Assembly (NCBI RefSeq): GCF_041925275.1
Contig: NZ_JBHEUZ010000014.1
Coordinates: forward strand, 1 to 64,000
Direction of reading: 5' to 3'
DNA length: 64,000 nt
From: Parapedobacter sp. 2B3
GTDB lineage: Bacteria; Bacteroidota; Bacteroidia; Sphingobacteriales; Sphingobacteriaceae
The stretch's first letter is position 1; the number at the start of each line of letters is the position of its first letter. The notes below the pieces were generated by a model. The model was not told where the DNA came from and did not search any database. It saw only the letters and a program-made list of their open reading frames with translations. Of the stretch, positions 18,240-28,022 are shown piece by piece. The position numbers and the translations under genes are program-made.

Positions 18240-20798
18240 TTAATTGATGCTGAACCTTACCCCCGCATAAAATACCCTGCCCGTCAGTGGCCCCCACAGC
18301 AGCGAGGTGTCAAAAAACTCGCTGAATGGCTGGTCTGCCGCCAACACGGGATTTCGCTGGAAGAAGTTTGTCAGGTTTTCACCGCCGATATAGAGGTCGA
18401 AGGGTCGCACCTTGCCCATTGTTTTGCTTATTTGCGCATTCATGGTCATGTACGCCTTTGAATAGTCTGGCAGTTGGTAACCGGCCGGATTCGCCGAGGT
18501 AGATGGCAATCGCTTCTGCCCGGTGATGTTTAACGTGTAGTCGAAATGCCATCCGCCGCTATGGGTGTTGTATGCGAGGTTGAGAAACCCCCGATGGCGT
18601 GCCACAAGTGGCTTTTGCAGCAGCTCGTCGCCGTACGTGGTTTTCACGTCAAAGAAGCGGTAGGCCATCCGTGCCTCAAAGTGGGGTAGCGGCATGAACC
18701 GAAACTCCGTTTGCAAGCTATTTGAATACGACCGGCCATCGAGGTTGTAAAAAGCCAGTTCCCTCGGGTTTTCGTAATCCACCACTACCTGGTTGGTAAA
18801 ATCATTCCGGAAAAACTCCGTACTGAAGGAAGCTTCCCGATGGAACATGCGGAAGGACTGGTCGAAACTGATACCCGTGTTCCAGGCCACTTCCGGTTTT
18901 AGGCCATACGCGTTTTCCATTGTATTGGCAGCGATGCGGACGGTCCGGGCACTGGCCAATGCTGCCGTGTTCTCGGCAAAAACATTGGCCGTCCGTTGTC
19001 CGCGCCCCCCACTTATCCGGAAAGTCGTTCCCGCCACCGGCTGGTAGCGCAGGTGTAAGCGTGGCGTGGCAAACCACCCGTATAGGTTGTTGTAGTCGCC
19101 ACGGATACCAGCCACCGCATCGAATTTGTCTGATGGACTATACGTGTATTCGAAGAAGGCGCCCGGCACCACCTCGTTACGCGCAAACCGATCGGCCATA
19201 TAACGCTCGTCATAGCGGTCGTATTGCATGCTCAGGCCGGTACGGTACTTATGTACCACCGTACCAATGATGTCTTGATAAATGAGGTTGGCATACGCAT
19301 TCCGTTGTTCCGCATCATAGGTGCGTTGGCCGAAATAGGACGATTGGTTGTAGGATGTGCCCGAGAGCTGCAATCCGATACTGCGCTGCGTATGTTGGGG
19401 GAAGACATAGCCTATTTTAGCGAACGCTTCGTAACGCTCGATATCGAAGGCAAGCCCGTACCGGTTCTGTGTCAGCTTGTCCGTGGCGGGATTGAAATCG
19501 ATCTCCCCGCCCGTGCGGTCGTCGCTGAGGAACTTGACCCCGAATTGTACGATAAAACCTTTGCCATCTTCGTATTTCCAGCGGCCAACGCCCGAGAAGA
19601 GGTTGCCCACCGGCGAGTCGCGGAAACCGTTATTGCTGAAATTCATGCTTTTATTATACATGAAATTGTCATGCAGCAACAGGCTGCCCGACCAACGTTC
19701 GTTGAAATTGTGGGAGAGGTTGAGGTTTACATCCGTGCGCCCCATGTTGTTGCCATAGGCATTGAAAAACAGTTTCTCGGACGTGCCAGGTTTCTTCAGT
19801 TCCACGTTGATCTGCCCGGCGATGTTTTCGAACCCGTTCACTACGGATCCAATGCCCTTGCCTATCTGGATGGACTCGATCCAGGTGCCTGAGATACTAT
19901 TGAGCCCCAGCGGGGTGGCCAATCCACGCGGCCCGGGCAGGTTTTCTACGGTCAGTTGGGTGTAGTTGCCGCTGAGTCCCAGCATCTGGATCTGCTTGCT
20001 GCCCGTAACGGCATCGCTGTTCACCACGTCTACGGAGGCGTTGGTTTCGAAGCTTTCGCTCAGATCGCAGCAGGCCGCTTTGAAGAGCTCTTGTCCCGTC
20101 AGCACTTCAAGCCGTGTGGGGCTGAGGGCGGCGATGTAGTTTGAGCGCCGCCGTGCGGATACGGTCACTTCTGCCAATACGTTGTCTTTGGCCGTTACCA
20201 CCACCACTTCATGGGGGGCGGTTACAGCTATCGTATCGGGCTGGAGGCCGGCATAGGAGATGACAAGCTGTTTGTAGGTTGCCTCATGTGCAATCCGGAA
20301 TACCCCCGATTCGTCGGAACGTGCATTGACCGAAGTGTTTTCCAGCCAGTGCACGTTCGCATTTGCGATGGGGCTGAGCTGGCCGCGGTTGTTTTCCTGC
20401 ATGACCACGCCGGTAACCGTGTGGTCGTCGTGCCCATCCTGCCCACTGGTCTTATGCACGTTTTTTTCATCGTGGTACTGGCAGCAGGCGGGCAGTTTTT
20501 CGTAGGCTTCCTGTACGGCGGTGCGGCCGTCTGCGTCATGCCCCGCGGCGAGGATGCGTTGCTTGGCAGCTTCCACACTATATGAGGCGCTGTGGGTGAG
20601 GGTGAGTTGTTGGGTGCGCACGTCCCAATGGGCGCTTGTCAGCCCGCTGCCATCGGCGGCTTTCTCAATCCGCGCTTTGCACATGCCGCATACGCCGGCT
20701 ACGGTAAATGTAGCTGTGCTGTCTTGGGCTGCGGCCGACCAACTGGTTATGGCCAGCAGTATATATAACGTAATCGTTGCTTTAATGAAATGGGTCAT
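18240..20798 (-). CDS. TonB-dependent outer-membrane receptor with N-terminal heavy-metal-associated (HMA, CxxC) domain, His-rich linker and CarbopepD-regulatory-like domain
   Basis: Signal 'MTHFIKATITLYILLAITSWSAAAQ'; 'TFTVAGVCGMCKARIEKAA' HMA fold with CGMC; 'HDEKNVHKTSGQDGHDDH'; plug/barrel; C-terminal 'YAGVRFSIN' with terminal aromatic-x-aromatic-type OMP ending. Confidence 0.8.
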   Translation of the reverse strand: MTHFIKATITLYILLAITSWSAAAQDSTATFTVAGVCGMCKARIEKAADGSGLTSAHWDVRTQQLTLTHSASYSVEAAKQRILAAGHDADGRTAVQEAYEKLPACCQYHDEKNVHKTSGQDGHDDHTVTGVVMQENNRGQLSPIANANVHWLENTSVNARSDESGVFRIAHEATYKQLVISYAGLQPDTIAVTAPHEVVVVTAKDNVLAEVTVSARRRSNYIAALSPTRLEVLTGQELFKAACCDLSESFETNASVDVVNSDAVTGSKQIQMLGLSGNYTQLTVENLPGPRGLATPLGLNSISGTWIESIQIGKGIGSVVNGFENIAGQINVELKKPGTSEKLFFNAYGNNMGRTDVNLNLSHNFNERWSGSLLLHDNFMYNKSMNFSNNGFRDSPVGNLFSGVGRWKYEDGKGFIVQFGVKFLSDDRTGGEIDFNPATDKLTQNRYGLAFDIERYEAFAKIGYVFPQHTQRSIGLQLSGTSYNQSSYFGQRTYDAEQRNAYANLIYQDIIGTVVHKYRTGLSMQYDRYDERYMADRFARNEVVPGAFFEYTYSPSDKFDAVAGIRGDYNNLYGWFATPRLHLRYQPVAGTTFRISGGRGQRTANVFAENTAALASARTVRIAANTMENAYGLKPEVAWNTGISFDQSFRMFHREASFSTEFFRNDFTNQVVVDYENPRELAFYNLDGRSYSNSLQTEFRFMPLPHFEARMAYRFFDVKTTYGDELLQKPLVARHRGFLNLAYNTHSGGWHFDYTLNITGQKRLPSTSANPAGYQLPDYSKAYMTMNAQISKTMGKVRPFDLYIGGENLTNFFQRNPVLAADQPFSEFFDTSLLWGPLTGRVFYAGVRFSIN

Positions 20799-20909
20799 TG
20801 TCGTAAATGGTGTTAATCCTAAACATCGTGAAAAATAACGTGCAAAAGGCACAGGGTGCCGTGAACGGAGCTTTCCAGCCCGGCTCATTGGCTGCGATGG
20901 TTGGATGTA

Positions 20910-21362
20910 TCAGATACGATAGGTACAGTGCCTGATGAAGAGGGGCGTGGTTCCGGTATGCGGCAGGGCATTTGCCACTTCTGCCACGGTATAGCTGTCT
21001 AGCGGGAAGTCCGCCACGCGGATTAGCGTAAATACAAGGAGCTCCAGCGACTGTATTTTCAGTAGGTTTTTGTCGCTGCTGGGGAGGTGGTCGCCTGTCG
21101 TTTTCTGGGCATCTACCTGAATGTCTTGGCAATGGTCGTGCGACTGCACATCGGTGGCGCAGTGTTGGCTGCTATCGCAATCCGTATGCTCGTTGCTTTC
21201 GTTGTGGTTGGGGCAAAGCGTACACCTGTCATGGCCGGGGGCACGCTCGTTCTCCACGGATAAGTGCTGCAGTTTCCCGCAGCAGTAATGGAGGTGTACG
21301 GTGGCTCCCGTTGCCGAGAAAGCGTACACGAGCATCAGCCATATGGTGAGCACTTTTACCAT
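20910..21362 (-). CDS. Small His/Cys-rich putative metal-binding protein (HYCCG motif), one N-terminal TM/signal helix
   Basis: 'TVHLHYCCGKL', 'HDRCTLCPNHNESNEHTDCDSSQHCATDVQSHDHCQD'; lies immediately upstream of, and co-oriented with, the HMA-TonB receptor. Confidence 0.5.
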   Translation of the reverse strand: MVKVLTIWLMLVYAFSATGATVHLHYCCGKLQHLSVENERAPGHDRCTLCPNHNESNEHTDCDSSQHCATDVQSHDHCQDIQVDAQKTTGDHLPSSDKNLLKIQSLELLVFTLIRVADFPLDSYTVAEVANALPHTGTTPLFIRHCTYRI

Positions 21363-21383
21363 GGTAGGGGCAAAGATACGTAA

Positions 21384-21420
21384 AAACCCCGCAGTTTTCA
21401 ATATAGTTGCGGGGTTTGTA
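21384..21420 (-). terminator. Intrinsic terminator after the flotillin gene (ccccgca...tgcgggg + TTTTTA on minus strand)
   Basis: aaaaaccccgcagttttcaatatagttgcggggtttgt on + strand; the U-tract follows on the minus strand. Confidence 0.5.
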
Positions 21421-21422
21421 TG

Positions 21423-23006
21423 CTATTTCACTTCTTCGGCATCCTGTATGCCGTCGTCGGGCCCATTACCCTTGCGCTTTTTTCCGGGAGCCCCACCACT
21501 TGCAGACTGCAGGTTTTTGGCTTCGCCGAGGTAATTGGGCAGTTCCATTCCGGCCATGTCGAAGATGTCTTTGAGGGGAGGCACGGATTTATATAGCCCC
21601 GAGACGAAGTTGGCGGTTGATGTTTTGCCGTCTTCGCCGGAGCCGTTTCCACCGTCCCACACGGTTACCTTATCGATCTTGATGTTTTTGATGGCTTCCG
21701 TCTGCAGTTTTACAAGTTCAGGGAGCTTATCGGTAATCAGTAGCAATACGGCGTCTTTCGGGTTGTTGCCGGCAGATTTGACGATTTCATTGAGGCCTTC
21801 CGCCTGTTTGGTGAGCATCTCGTATACCCCCCTCGCTTCGGCCTCCAATTTGGCGAATATGGCATCCGCCTCGCCACGCGCTTTCTCGCGCAACTGTTCG
21901 GCTTCCGCCTGGGCTTCGATGATGGCTTTTTGCTTTTGGATTTCCGCCGCAACCACGATGGTCGCATTTTGTGCGGCCCGGTCGCGCTCGGCGCGGGCGT
22001 CTTCCGCCCGTTGCTCCGCTTTGTATGCTTCTTCCAATGCCAATGCCTGTTGTACCTTTTCGGCAGCGACGGCCTTCTTCAACGCTTCCGCCTCCCGTTC
22101 ACGGCGCTTCGCTTCAGAATCGGCAATCTGTATTTTAGAGAGGTTTTCGCCCTGTACGGCAATGGCGTTTGCATCGGCCACTTTCACGCGTGTATCACGT
22201 TCGGCCTCGGCTTTCCCGATATTTTCGTCGCGCGCCGCACCGGCGATGCTTACTTCTTTGTCTTTTTCGGCAATAGCTACTTCGGTATCACGGTCCCGCT
22301 GCATTTCTGCGACTTTGATATCCCGCTCCTTTTCTGCCTCTGTCTTTCCTATGTCACCCAATCGTTCCTGCTCAGCCACGCGGATTTTTGCCTCGTTGAT
22401 GGCTTTCGCTGCGGCTTCTTTACCCAATGCGTCGATGTAACCGCTCTCGTCTTTAATATCGGTGACGTTTACGTTGATCATCTTAAGACCAATCTTGTTG
22501 AGCTCCGCTTCGACATTCGTTGCAATATTGTGCAGGAATTTATCCCGATTGTTGTTGATCTCTTCGATATCCATCATGGCCACCACGAGGCGCATTTGAC
22601 CAAGGATGATATCTTTGGCCAACTCATGGATCTGCGGGCGTTGCATGCCCAGCAACCGTTCCGCAGCGTTCATCATTACTGTCGGTTCGGTAGAAATCCC
22701 CACGGTATACCTGGAAGGTACGTCTACCCGGATATTCTGCTTGCTGAGTGCGCTGGTGAGGTTTACCTCGATGGAAATGGGAGTGAGGTCCAGAAAGGAA
22801 TAGTCTTGGATAACCGGCCAGATAAAGGCGGCACCCCCATGGATGCATTTGGCAGCCCGGGTAAGGTCGGAGGCGTTTTTACCCACCTTTCCATAGACCA
22901 CCAAAATGCGATCTGACGGACAGCGTTTGTATCGCTTAAACAGCGAAATGATGAATACGAAGATGATGATGATGCCAACGGCAATGGCGATTAGGTAAAA
23001 TTCCAT
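21423..23006 (-). CDS. Flotillin (SPFH/band-7 family, FloT/YuaG-like) with long A/E/K/R coiled coil
   Basis: 527 aa; N-terminal TM; SPFH core; 'AEAERDTRVKVADANAI...EAEALKKAVAAEKVQQALALEEAYKAEQRAE' flotillin-type EA repeats. Confidence 0.8.
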   Translation of the reverse strand: MEFYLIAIAVGIIIIFVFIISLFKRYKRCPSDRILVVYGKVGKNASDLTRAAKCIHGGAAFIWPVIQDYSFLDLTPISIEVNLTSALSKQNIRVDVPSRYTVGISTEPTVMMNAAERLLGMQRPQIHELAKDIILGQMRLVVAMMDIEEINNNRDKFLHNIATNVEAELNKIGLKMINVNVTDIKDESGYIDALGKEAAAKAINEAKIRVAEQERLGDIGKTEAEKERDIKVAEMQRDRDTEVAIAEKDKEVSIAGAARDENIGKAEAERDTRVKVADANAIAVQGENLSKIQIADSEAKRREREAEALKKAVAAEKVQQALALEEAYKAEQRAEDARAERDRAAQNATIVVAAEIQKQKAIIEAQAEAEQLREKARGEADAIFAKLEAEARGVYEMLTKQAEGLNEIVKSAGNNPKDAVLLLITDKLPELVKLQTEAIKNIKIDKVTVWDGGNGSGEDGKTSTANFVSGLYKSVPPLKDIFDMAGMELPNYLGEAKNLQSASGGAPGKKRKGNGPDDGIQDAEEVK

Positions 23007-23096
23007 ACGGCTTATGTTCTAATTGTTAATGCTTAATTGTTGATACTTTCTAAGCTTTCTGAACGGAACGGTTAATTGACCATTAACCATTGACCA

Positions 23097-23699
23097 TTAA
23101 AAAGTCGTTTTCCCCGTTACCAATAAGATGCTTTCGTTTACGATTCCTACTACGGTTACCGGTCTCCCCGTCGGGATGTCGTCCTCGTCGTCGGTCAGCG
23201 CCCTCAGTTCCCGGAGGGAACCCTGCACGCGGATATGCACCTTCCCATAGCCACTGCGTACGGCCGGTATCCGCAGGTATGTTTCGGCCTGCTTATGCAG
23301 TGCATTCTGGATGCGCAAGGTGCCGCTAGAACGGAGCTTTGCCATCCGCGAAAAGAGGTAGAACATGATCAATACGATGGCCACACCCGATACGGTTGAC
23401 CAAATGACTACCTGCCCGATGGGAAGCCCGCTTTTCAGGCAACCCAGCCCCACCCAGCCGAAAACGGTGAAGAACGTAATGAAGTTCTTAATGGTGAAAA
23501 ATTGGTAGTCGATGCCCCCGTCGCCATCTACATATTCATCCGAATCGCCGAATGCCCCATCATCGTCGCCCCCGCCAATGAAAGCGAAGATCGTTTGCAT
23601 GACAAATAGGAACGAAAACAGCAAGGCGACCGCCCAAAAGAATTTCTCAGTGCCTCCGAGTGCCTGCCACCAAGTTGTTATGGATAGTGTTGTGTTCAT
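23097..23699 (-). CDS. NfeD-family membrane protein (flotillin partner, YuaF-like)
   Basis: 200 aa; 3-4 TM helices + acidic linker (DDDGAFGDSDEYVDGDGG) + C-terminal beta-rich OB-like domain; located immediately upstream of the flotillin gene as in yuaF-yuaG. Confidence 0.6.
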   Translation of the reverse strand: MNTTLSITTWWQALGGTEKFFWAVALLFSFLFVMQTIFAFIGGGDDDGAFGDSDEYVDGDGGIDYQFFTIKNFITFFTVFGWVGLGCLKSGLPIGQVVIWSTVSGVAIVLIMFYLFSRMAKLRSSGTLRIQNALHKQAETYLRIPAVRSGYGKVHIRVQGSLRELRALTDDEDDIPTGRPVTVVGIVNESILLVTGKTTF

Positions 23700-23881
23700 T
23701 TATCGCTTAGATTAAACGGTGTTTAACAATGGTTGCGTGTGGTCCGTTTATCCGTACCTAATTACGCGGTGTGTTTGTCCATTGGATGTCAAATTTGGGA
23801 AGATGTTACAACAATTCCTAATTTCCAAAGTTTTTCCTGTTTTGGACGCTTTTTTTGTAGGCGAAACAAAAAGGTAATACC

Positions 23882-24331
23882 ATGAAGAAATTACTGTTTG
23901 GCTTGTGTGTGTTGTCGCTGGCATACCTGCCCGCTGCCGCGCAGGGCGTGCAAAAGCGCGGTGTGCCCGCGGTGGTGCTGAATGCTTTCCAGCAGCAATT
24001 CCCGAAAGCACGGCAAGTGGAGTGGGAAAAGAAGCGCGATGGGAACTACGAGGTGGAGTTTGACAATGGTTTGTTCAGCCGTGACCACCAGGCAATCATC
24101 AGCCCCGAAGGGAAAGTGTTGCGCCATGAAGAGGAAATGTCGTCCTATTCATTGCCCGATGCGGTTAAGCAGCAAATCAAGGCAGAATTTGACGGGTACC
24201 GGGTGGGCGATGCCAAGAAGATTGATACGGCGGGCTCCATTACCTATAAGGTGGAGCTGGATAGCCGGTACGGCGATCTGGAGGTCATTTTCGATCCGGC
24301 CGGCAAGATCGTGAAGGAGCGGATGGACTGA
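23882..24331 (+). CDS. Secreted PepSY-like (beta-lactamase-inhibitor-like) domain protein
   Basis: Signal peptide; duplicated 'E.E.....Y.V' beta-hairpin pattern ('WEKKRDGNYEVEF', 'TYKVELDSRYGDLEVIFD'). Confidence 0.5.
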   Translation: MKKLLFGLCVLSLAYLPAAAQGVQKRGVPAVVLNAFQQQFPKARQVEWEKKRDGNYEVEFDNGLFSRDHQAIISPEGKVLRHEEEMSSYSLPDAVKQQIKAEFDGYRVGDAKKIDTAGSITYKVELDSRYGDLEVIFDPAGKIVKERMD

Positions 24332-24340
24332 TGTCCATCC

Positions 24341-25117
24341 TCATCCTTTTTTCAGCTGTTGTATAAACGGCGCTATCTTCGCGTGGTAATCCGCGTTGCC
24401 CAGCAGTTTCACGAAAGCACTACCTACAATGGCGCCATCGGCGTGGTCGGTAGCATGTACGAACGTGTCGTGGTTGGAGATGCCAAATCCGATGACCGTC
24501 GGATTTTCGAGATCCATGGCCGCGATGCGGGAAAAGTAGCTTTCCGTATTTTCCGAAACCGCCAGGTTCTTGCCGGTAGTAGCCGACGAAGACAACAGGT
24601 ATATAAATCCGGTGGATAGGCCGTCAATTTTCCGGATCCGTTCTTCGGATGTCTGTGGTGTAACGAGGAAGATGTTGCTCAACCCATGGGTGTTAAATAC
24701 CGATCGGTAATGCGTTTCATACTCATACATGGGTAGGTCGGGTACAATGGCTCCGTCTACGCCAACAGATTGGCATGCTTTGCAGAAATCCTCCACGCCG
24801 TACTGCAGCACCGGATTCACGTATCCCATCAGCAATACGGGAATGCTGACCCGCTTGCGTAAATCTTTCAGTTGATCGAAAAGTACGTCCAATGTCATGC
24901 CGTTGCGCAGTGCAACTTCTGAGCTGTGCTGGATAACCGGTCCGTCGGCTACCGGGTCGGAATAGGGGAAACCGATTTCGAGGAAATCGGCACCTGCGTT
25001 TTCCAATGCTTCGGCGATGTCCAATGTGCTATCGAGCGTCGGGTAACCGGCGGTAAAATAAATGGAGAGGACGCGCCTGTCGCCTTTTTCGGCGAACAAA
25101 TTCTTGATGCGGTTCAT
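24341..25117 (-). CDS. trpA: Tryptophan synthase alpha subunit
   Basis: 'LSIYFTAGYP...ADFLEIGFPYSDPVADGPVIQ' canonical TrpA. Confidence 0.9.
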   Translation of the reverse strand: MNRIKNLFAEKGDRRVLSIYFTAGYPTLDSTLDIAEALENAGADFLEIGFPYSDPVADGPVIQHSSEVALRNGMTLDVLFDQLKDLRKRVSIPVLLMGYVNPVLQYGVEDFCKACQSVGVDGAIVPDLPMYEYETHYRSVFNTHGLSNIFLVTPQTSEERIRKIDGLSTGFIYLLSSSATTGKNLAVSENTESYFSRIAAMDLENPTVIGFGISNHDTFVHATDHADGAIVGSAFVKLLGNADYHAKIAPFIQQLKKG

Positions 25118-25120
25118 TGT

Positions 25121-26305
25121 TTAAAATCCAAAGTACTTCATGTAGTTGTCTAAATCCTTGTCGCCACGACCCGATAGGCATACCACCACGTTCTCGTTGG
25201 CTGCGAACGTCATTTTCTCCAGCTGGGCTAGCGCATGGGCGCTTTCGATGGCGGGGATGATGCCTTCCAGTCGGGTAAGCAGCAAGCCGGCCTGCATGGC
25301 CTCGTCGTCCGTGGCATTGACATAGGTTGCCCGGCCCGTTTTGTACAGCCAGGCATGCTGCGGTCCGATACCGGGGTAGTCGAGCCCGGCCGAGATGGAA
25401 TATGGCTCCACCACCTGGCCGTCATCGGTCTGCATCAGGATCGATCGACTGCCATGCAGTACGCCTTCGCGGCCGAGCACCGTAGTTGCAGCCGATTCGC
25501 CCGAGTCGACGCCTTTGCCAGCGGCTTCCACTGCCACGAGTTTCACCTGCGGGTCGTCTATGAAATGGTAAAACATGCCCGCGGCATTGCTGCCACCGCC
25601 TACGCACGCCAGGACGTAGTGCGGTGTTTCGCGACCTGTCTTTTCGAACAATTGCTTACGGGTTTCGGCAGAGATGATCGATTGGAAGCGGGCCACCATG
25701 TCCGGGTAGGGGTGGGGCCCCACCACCGAGCCGATGATATAGTGAGTATCCACGGGGTTGTTTATCCAGTCGCGCAGCGCCTCATTGGTGGCGTCTTTGA
25801 GCGTTTTGCTGCCCGACGTGGCCGCCACGACCTCGGCGCCCATCATTTTCATGCGTGCCACGTTGGGGGCCTGCCGCTCGATATCGATGGCACCCATGTA
25901 TACCACGCATTGCAGACCCTTGAGCGCACATACCGTAGCGGTGGCCACGCCGTGTTGGCCCGCGCCCGTTTCGGCAATGATGCGTTTCTTGCCCAGCCGC
26001 TCCGCGAGCAGGATCTGGCCGATCGTGTTATTGATCTTATGGGCACCGGTATGGTTGAGGTCTTCCCGTTTCAGGAAGATGTTGGCGCCGTATCGGTCAG
26101 AAAGCCGCTCCGCAGGGTACAGGGGCGACGGCCGGCCGACGTAATCGCGCAGCAATTGGCCAAATTCCCGTTGGAAATCATCGCTTTGGATGATGCTCAG
26201 GTATTGCTGCTGCAGTTCCTCCACATTGGGGTATAGCATTTCGGGGATATAGGCGCCGCCGAAATCGCCGTAATAGCCATTGTCGTTTACTTGGTATTTA
26301 CTCAT
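25121..26305 (-). CDS. trpB: Tryptophan synthase beta subunit
   Basis: 'GRPSPLY...HTGAHKINN' PLP-lysine motif; 394 aa. Confidence 0.95.
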   Translation of the reverse strand: MSKYQVNDNGYYGDFGGAYIPEMLYPNVEELQQQYLSIIQSDDFQREFGQLLRDYVGRPSPLYPAERLSDRYGANIFLKREDLNHTGAHKINNTIGQILLAERLGKKRIIAETGAGQHGVATATVCALKGLQCVVYMGAIDIERQAPNVARMKMMGAEVVAATSGSKTLKDATNEALRDWINNPVDTHYIIGSVVGPHPYPDMVARFQSIISAETRKQLFEKTGRETPHYVLACVGGGSNAAGMFYHFIDDPQVKLVAVEAAGKGVDSGESAATTVLGREGVLHGSRSILMQTDDGQVVEPYSISAGLDYPGIGPQHAWLYKTGRATYVNATDDEAMQAGLLLTRLEGIIPAIESAHALAQLEKMTFAANENVVVCLSGRGDKDLDNYMKYFGF

Positions 26306-26924
26306 CGTTGATGGTCTGTAACGTGTTTCTCAATAATGCAATGTCTTTGACGCCCGGTGCGGTCTCGAACCGTGAGTTCAGGTCCAACGCGTAGAGGCGG
26401 CTGTCGTCAAGCCGCAGTGCGTCTGCTATGTTTTCAGCACCGATGCCGCCACTCAGGAAAAAAGGCGTGTTGCCCGTATAGCCGGCAAGCAGCGTCCAGT
26501 CAAAACGTTTGCCGGTGCCGCCGTGTTGGGTGCTTTGTGTGTCGAAAAGGAAGTAATCCACGATCGTTTCATATCCCCTTACTATTGTCCAGTCGAATCG
26601 CTCATTGATGCCGAAGGCCTTGATGATTTCTACGCCGCAATCTGCCAGTGTTGCGCAGTATGCCGGAGCCTCAGCCCCATGCAACTGCACGGCTTGGAAA
26701 CCGTATCGCTGGATGGCTGTTTTCACTTCATGGATGGCCGCATCTACAAAAATACCTGTTTTTTTGGTGCCATGCAACCCCATTACCCAATCGGCATCAA
26801 GCTGGTCGATAAAACGCCTGGAGCCGGGGTAAAAAATGAGGCCGATGTAATCCGGTTGCAAGGCGATAACCTCCCGGATGTTATCGGGTTGTTTTAAGCC
26901 ACATATTTTTATTTTTGGATTCAT
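26298..26924 (-). CDS. trpF: Phosphoribosylanthranilate isomerase
   Basis: '[16 protein letters not shown]...[13 protein letters not shown]'; 8-nt overlap with trpB. Confidence 0.85.
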   Translation of the reverse strand: MNPKIKICGLKQPDNIREVIALQPDYIGLIFYPGSRRFIDQLDADWVMGLHGTKKTGIFVDAAIHEVKTAIQRYGFQAVQLHGAEAPAYCATLADCGVEIIKAFGINERFDWTIVRGYETIVDYFLFDTQSTQHGGTGKRFDWTLLAGYTGNTPFFLSGGIGAENIADALRLDDSRLYALDLNSRFETAPGVKDIALLRNTLQTINDE

Positions 26925-27013
26925 TTGATCGTGCACGCAGAGTTCGCTAAGTTCTTCGCAAAGCACGCGAAGGGACTTTTTTAGACCCCACGTCTTTGCG
27001 CGAAATGAAAGAA

Positions 27014-28003
27014 TTAACCATCTATTAATTTTTTAAAACTTTCTAGAGCCTTCTTGCCCAGCAATGATGCTTCGGCTTCGTAGTAGCAGTCGCCAAAACT
27101 CTTTTCCGGATGGATGGTCTGTATGGCAACGGCTGCGTTGGCAAGGACCACATTGTTTTGTTCCGACGTGCCTTCGCCATGGAGTACCGTCGCGAAAATA
27201 CGGGCCGCCTCCTCCACGGTTTCCCCACCGTGGATACGATCTGCCGATATGGGTGTAAAGCCCAGCTGCTCGATGCTGTGGATATGTTCCCCTTCATTGC
27301 TGATGGTCTTGAAATCGCCTGTCAGGGACACTTCGTCGTACCCGTCCAGCGCGTGGAGGATGGTGTATCGCTTGTCCGTTTGTTGGTACAGGTAGCCATA
27401 GAGCCGCGCCAATTCCAGGCTGAATACCCCGACGGATTGGTAGTGGGGGTTGGTGGGGTTTACCAACGGGCCGATCATGTTGAAAAAGGTCTTTACACCC
27501 AGTTCGCGGCGGATGGGCGCTACCGTTTTCATGGCCGGATGGAAAAGCGGCGCATGGAGGAAGCAGATGTTTGCTTGCTCCAATTGGCGGCTGATGGTTT
27601 CCTTGTCATTGGTGAACCGGTAACCGAGGTATTCCATCACGTTTGACGACCCGCAGCCGGATGACACGCCATAATTGCCGTGTTTGGCTACGGGGTAGGC
27701 TGCTCCAGCCACTACGAAGGAGGCGAGGGTGGAAATGTTGAAGGTGTTTTTGCCATCACCCCCCGTACCGCAGAGGTCGATGAGTTTATAACCCGGAAAC
27801 TCCAATTGGAGGCACAGGTCGTACATTGCATCGCGGAAACCTTCCAGCTCTTCCACGCGGATGCTCCGCATGCCATAGGCCGTCATGAATGCGGCGATTT
27901 GGGAGTTGTTGTATTTCCCCGAAGCGATGTTAGTCAATATCTCATATGCTTCACGCTGCGTGAAGGTTTTGTATTCGAAGAGGTGCGTTAATATTTTTTT
28001 CAT
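27014..28003 (-). CDS. trpD: Anthranilate phosphoribosyltransferase
   Basis: 'IDLCGTGGDGKNTFNIST' glycine-rich PRPP loop; 329 aa. Confidence 0.9.
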   Translation of the reverse strand: MKKILTHLFEYKTFTQREAYEILTNIASGKYNNSQIAAFMTAYGMRSIRVEELEGFRDAMYDLCLQLEFPGYKLIDLCGTGGDGKNTFNISTLASFVVAGAAYPVAKHGNYGVSSGCGSSNVMEYLGYRFTNDKETISRQLEQANICFLHAPLFHPAMKTVAPIRRELGVKTFFNMIGPLVNPTNPHYQSVGVFSLELARLYGYLYQQTDKRYTILHALDGYDEVSLTGDFKTISNEGEHIHSIEQLGFTPISADRIHGGETVEEAARIFATVLHGEGTSEQNNVVLANAAVAIQTIHPEKSFGDCYYEAEASLLGKKALESFKKLIDG

Positions 28004-28022
28004 CTAATTATTTTTCTTTATC

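Noticed and set aside
23010-23096. Short reiterated words (taattgtt x2, ccattaa/ccattga x3) between NfeD and flotillin
   Set aside because: Very short, low-complexity. Likely a chance feature of an AT-rich intercistronic spacer.
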